From Candidatus Poribacteria bacterium (GTDB lineage Bacteria > Poribacteria > WGA-4E > WGA-3G), in assembly GCA_965214095.1 (NCBI GenBank), contig OZ243938.1, positions 768,001-832,000 of the forward strand: 64,000 bases of DNA, in the 5' to 3' direction. This document shows positions 60,868-64,000 of this stretch, in pieces. The translations under genes were made by a program, and so were the position numbers. The notes beneath the pieces are model-generated. The model saw only the letters and a program-made list of their open reading frames with translations, made no database searches and was not told the DNA's origin. The first letter of the stretch is position 1; every line of letters starts with the position of its first letter.

Positions 60868-60967
60868 TTAGATGACAGATGATATAAAAATCCGATTTGT
60901 ATAAGACATTTGTGTCCGATATTCTGCCAAATTGACATTGTTATTATAGATGATTTTCAAAAAATAA

Positions 60968-60996
60968 AAGCACGGTAGCAAGAAACTACCGTGCTT
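60968..60996 (-). terminator. Intrinsic terminator after LamG gene
   Basis: AAGCACGGTAG / CTACCGTGCTT stem followed by a T-rich run on the minus strand. Confidence 0.7.
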
Positions 60997-61043
60997 AAAG
61001 ATTGTACTTAGATAAGTTAAGTATCTCAATGTCTAAGTGTTAT

Positions 61044-61874
61044 TTACTTAGAAATACGTTGTGACTTAAGTGCACCCCATGTCGTTGTAAATTTATCTTG
61101 GGGTTCAACGCTTGTGGCTTCTTTGATAATATCTGCATATTCAGCAAAATCATCTGCATCAAATGCCGAATTATAGACAATTACTTCATCAATTATGCCA
61201 CCAAAGTAATGGATGTTGGTACCACCACCATCGTCATCATGGAAAACTGCATTTGCATTTGTATGCGCAATACCTGTATCATCACCGTGTGCGAAAAGTT
61301 GTCCACCTGGTTCACTTGCGATCATTTCACCATCAAGCCACATCTCAAACTTATTGTCCTGTACTTCATTGATTGTATCACGTAGTACTAGGGCAACATG
61401 ATACCATCTATCAGACTCAACTTCTGCTGAGGGCCATGCTCCTGCCCATTGGTATTCAGCACGATTCCATGCACCAACATAGACATCTCCATCAAAGACA
61501 TTGATGACAAAACCACGAGTCCGTCCGCCTTCTTCAATAATTGTTTGTTTTTGATCAGTAACATTTACGTCAGTACACTTGAAGAATGCTGCGATTGTGC
61601 GGTTCATGAAAGGTCCGCCAGTGTTCAATCCGTTTGAATCTGGAAGTTTTACACCATCGTCAACACCATCAAACATTAATGCCTTACCAACAATACCATC
61701 AACAACTTCAGGTTCTCCTGCGAGTGTTCCGTTCACACCGTGTTCAGAGGAATCGGCGGCATCACCCTCATCAAAAGTCCAAATAGCTCTTGCGGTTGCT
61801 TCGTCTCTTGCAGCAAATGCTGGTATTGCTATCAATACAAGTAGAATTGTCAAAATTGAGACAAACTTTGTCAT
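61044..61874 (-). CDS. Secreted LamG-domain protein
   Basis: Signal peptide, WTFDEG, GKALMFDG, WYHVA, GIIDEV; C-terminal VEPQDKFTTTWGALK. Confidence 0.88.
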   Translation of the reverse strand: MTKFVSILTILLVLIAIPAFAARDEATARAIWTFDEGDAADSSEHGVNGTLAGEPEVVDGIVGKALMFDGVDDGVKLPDSNGLNTGGPFMNRTIAAFFKCTDVNVTDQKQTIIEEGGRTRGFVINVFDGDVYVGAWNRAEYQWAGAWPSAEVESDRWYHVALVLRDTINEVQDNKFEMWLDGEMIASEPGGQLFAHGDDTGIAHTNANAVFHDDDGGGTNIHYFGGIIDEVIVYNSAFDADDFAEYADIIKEATSVEPQDKFTTTWGALKSQRISK

Positions 61875-61917
61875 TATAGTATACTCCTTTTAAAATAAGT
61901 TTATGGTATATCACAAT

Positions 61918-62763
61918 TTATCTTGATTTAAGTTTTCCCCACACTGTTGTCAGTTTTCCTTGTGGGGCAACATCTAACGCCTGTACTAATTCATTGATGT
62001 CTGCTTTAGTAAACGATGAACTGTAGACAATAACTTCATCAATCATTCCGCCAAACCAATCAATGAGCGTGCCACCACCACCATCATCGTGGTAGACAGC
62101 ATTTTGATGAACATAACCGATTCCATTATTGTCTCCATGTGCATGAAGCTGCCCGCCATCTGCTGTGTCTATAAGTTTACCATCTACCCACAATTCAAAT
62201 TTGTCTTTTTCTACCTTACCAGCAGCATCTCTAATTACCACAGCAACATGATACCATGTTTTTGATTTAATGTCAGTAGACAACCACGCACCTTGCCAAT
62301 TATACTCTGCTCGGTTCCAAGCACCACCGTAGATTTTGCCATCAAACACATAGATAACTAATCCCCGTGTTCTTCCTCCTTCTTCAAATATTATCTGCTT
62401 TTGTCCTTTGTTAACATCATCGCAGTTGAAGAATGCAGCCACGGTTCTCTTAGGAAAAGGACCACCTGTATTGATTCTGGCTGAATCCAGAATATTGATC
62501 CCATCTCCTTCTCCATTGAATCTCAATGCATCATTTACAATACCTTTCACTGATTCAGGTTTACCAACAAGAATACCATCATGATTCTGATTTGAACTAT
62601 CTTTTGCAGTCCCATCGTCAAATGTCCAGATTCCTGCTACGGTTCCTTCATCCCTTTGTGCATCAACATCTACACAAAATACAAAGGACATTGCCAACAT
62701 AGTAATGCAATAGAATATGTATGAAGATATGATGCAGATCTTATTTTTAAGTATAAGGTTCAT
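61918..62763 (-). CDS. Secreted LamG-domain protein, tandem paralog of 61044-61874
   Basis: Shares EEGGRTRG, WNRAEY.W.GAW, GGQL.AHGD; C-terminal VAPQGKLTTVWGKLK. Confidence 0.88.
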   Translation of the reverse strand: MNLILKNKICIISSYIFYCITMLAMSFVFCVDVDAQRDEGTVAGIWTFDDGTAKDSSNQNHDGILVGKPESVKGIVNDALRFNGEGDGINILDSARINTGGPFPKRTVAAFFNCDDVNKGQKQIIFEEGGRTRGLVIYVFDGKIYGGAWNRAEYNWQGAWLSTDIKSKTWYHVAVVIRDAAGKVEKDKFELWVDGKLIDTADGGQLHAHGDNNGIGYVHQNAVYHDDGGGGTLIDWFGGMIDEVIVYSSSFTKADINELVQALDVAPQGKLTTVWGKLKSR

Positions 62764-62972
62764 TATACAGCCTCCGTTGATATAGTTTGACTATGCTTTA
62801 ATTTTCCTCAATTCTATTGATTTTAATCTACTAATATTCTTTTGCACATTATGCCAATTTAGTTATTATTTGTCAACAGATTTAGAGTATCTTTTGTTCC
62901 CATTTCAACTTTAGAATTCCAAACAGATATCTAATAGAGTATAACTGAGCAGGACAATACATGTTGAAGGTA

Positions 62973-63926
62973 TTAACCAATATTCGATTTGGCATTTCCT
63001 TCCTGATCATTTTCAAAAGATTCGCACAATTCACGAGCCAAAATGACTTCTTCTTCATCACCGTGTATTATATCTATAACCTTTAAGACATCTGATTTAA
63101 TCTGTGGAATTATATCATTCCATTCAATGTCACCTGATCCGGGTGGATGATACATATCAAGGTCTTTTAGGTCATGTAATGAAACTCCTATCAAATGATC
63201 TCCATAGGCTTCAAACCATTCATGTGACCAACGTAGTCCAAGTTTTTCCTGAAGTGCTGCATGACCAACATTGTGCCAATATCGCATAGGACTACCGTAG
63301 AATTCATTGAATAACAAACCAACTTCATCATAATTTGGAATTTGAATGTAGTGTGGTGGAGTCTCAATAGCAATACAGATTTCCATTTTTAATGCACGTT
63401 CATTCAGTTCGTCAAGGCTTCGCATAACCGCATCATGATGTTTTGCTTCTTTCCGCTTACGCCATTCAGTTGCTTCAGAGACCTTATTGCTAAATGCCTC
63501 AAATTCACGTTCACCATATTCGTAGAGTTCCCGCATCAGATAGGAACGATCATAAGTATCTACTTTACCAAGTCGTATAATTACAATTGGTGTTTCCATT
63601 TCAATTGCAAGTTCCATGGTTTGAATAGTTCTACGAATCGCTTCTTTCCGTTCATCGCCATTAAGACTTGAGAGATGTATAATATCGTTATCGGCATCAT
63701 CTTGCGAAGTGCCGGGAAGAATAGGACAATAATTCTGGATACAACAAGGCGAGGTTTGTCCAATTTCACAGAACGAAGGTTTAAGTTGTTCCAATTGTTC
63801 AGGGGTAAGATGTCTACTTAATGCTATACTATCAAAACCGAGGTTTCTTAATTCATCAATTAGTGCCGCACCATCCGGTTGTTTCAGGGCATTCCACATG
63901 GTTGAAATTGCTAACATCATATTCAT
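62973..63926 (-). CDS. Sugar-phosphate isomerase/epimerase (xylose isomerase-like TIM barrel)
   Basis: LSS...ERKEAI, IAIE, YWHNVGHA, SLHD, H.PPGSGDIEW. Confidence 0.8.
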   Translation of the reverse strand: MNMMLAISTMWNALKQPDGAALIDELRNLGFDSIALSRHLTPEQLEQLKPSFCEIGQTSPCCIQNYCPILPGTSQDDADNDIIHLSSLNGDERKEAIRRTIQTMELAIEMETPIVIIRLGKVDTYDRSYLMRELYEYGEREFEAFSNKVSEATEWRKRKEAKHHDAVMRSLDELNERALKMEICIAIETPPHYIQIPNYDEVGLLFNEFYGSPMRYWHNVGHAALQEKLGLRWSHEWFEAYGDHLIGVSLHDLKDLDMYHPPGSGDIEWNDIIPQIKSDVLKVIDIIHGDEEEVILARELCESFENDQEGNAKSNIG

Positions 63927-64000
63927 ATATTGGAAAATTTTGGTTTTAGGTAAGAACCTTTAAGACATTGATGTCTTATTAATCAGTATGTGTGTTTATG

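Noticed and set aside
61871-61891. Paralogous RBS region as a target of the 13-kb guide (TCAT followed by ...GTATACTCCTTTT)
   Set aside because: Bases adjacent to TCAT mismatch the guide seed; similarity is explained by the shared SD

Overview
AT-rich (roughly 40% GC, estimated by eye) bacterial chromosomal window. Gene style suggests Candidatus Poribacteria or a relative (inference): secreted LamG-type proteins ending in a V-x-P/A-x-x-K-x-x-T-x-W-G-x-[LI]-K tail, a sulfatase, a dockerin remnant and an AAA+PD-(D/E)XK protein. Most of it is housekeeping or metabolic: polX, ftsEX, topA, accD, ubiD-family, polA, udk, hsp20 x2, aquaporin, zapA, aroE, fused IOR, recN, nadK and clpB. No rRNA, tRNA or CRISPR array was seen. 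Highlights: (1) a 406-bp protein-free IS200/IS605-type element (13029-13434) with its own consensus promoter and a TnpB omega-RNA-like 3' end, inserted exactly between the ribosome-binding site and the ATG of a LamG gene, its inferred target TCAT being the reverse complement of ATGA; (2) a UGA-readthrough UGSC selenoprotein with a SECIS-like hairpin (57464-57991), split into two ORFs in the ORF track; (3) a candidate two-gene defence module plus a small zinc-finger ORF and an AAA-nuclease (50.8-56.2 kb); (4) several TIR-bounded miniature elements carrying GTAG-type REP hairpins; (5) sigma54-type promoters and a shared upstream motif at hsp20 and clpB; (6) several enzymes with degenerate catalytic motifs (FtsE, PolX, an AAA+ protein).
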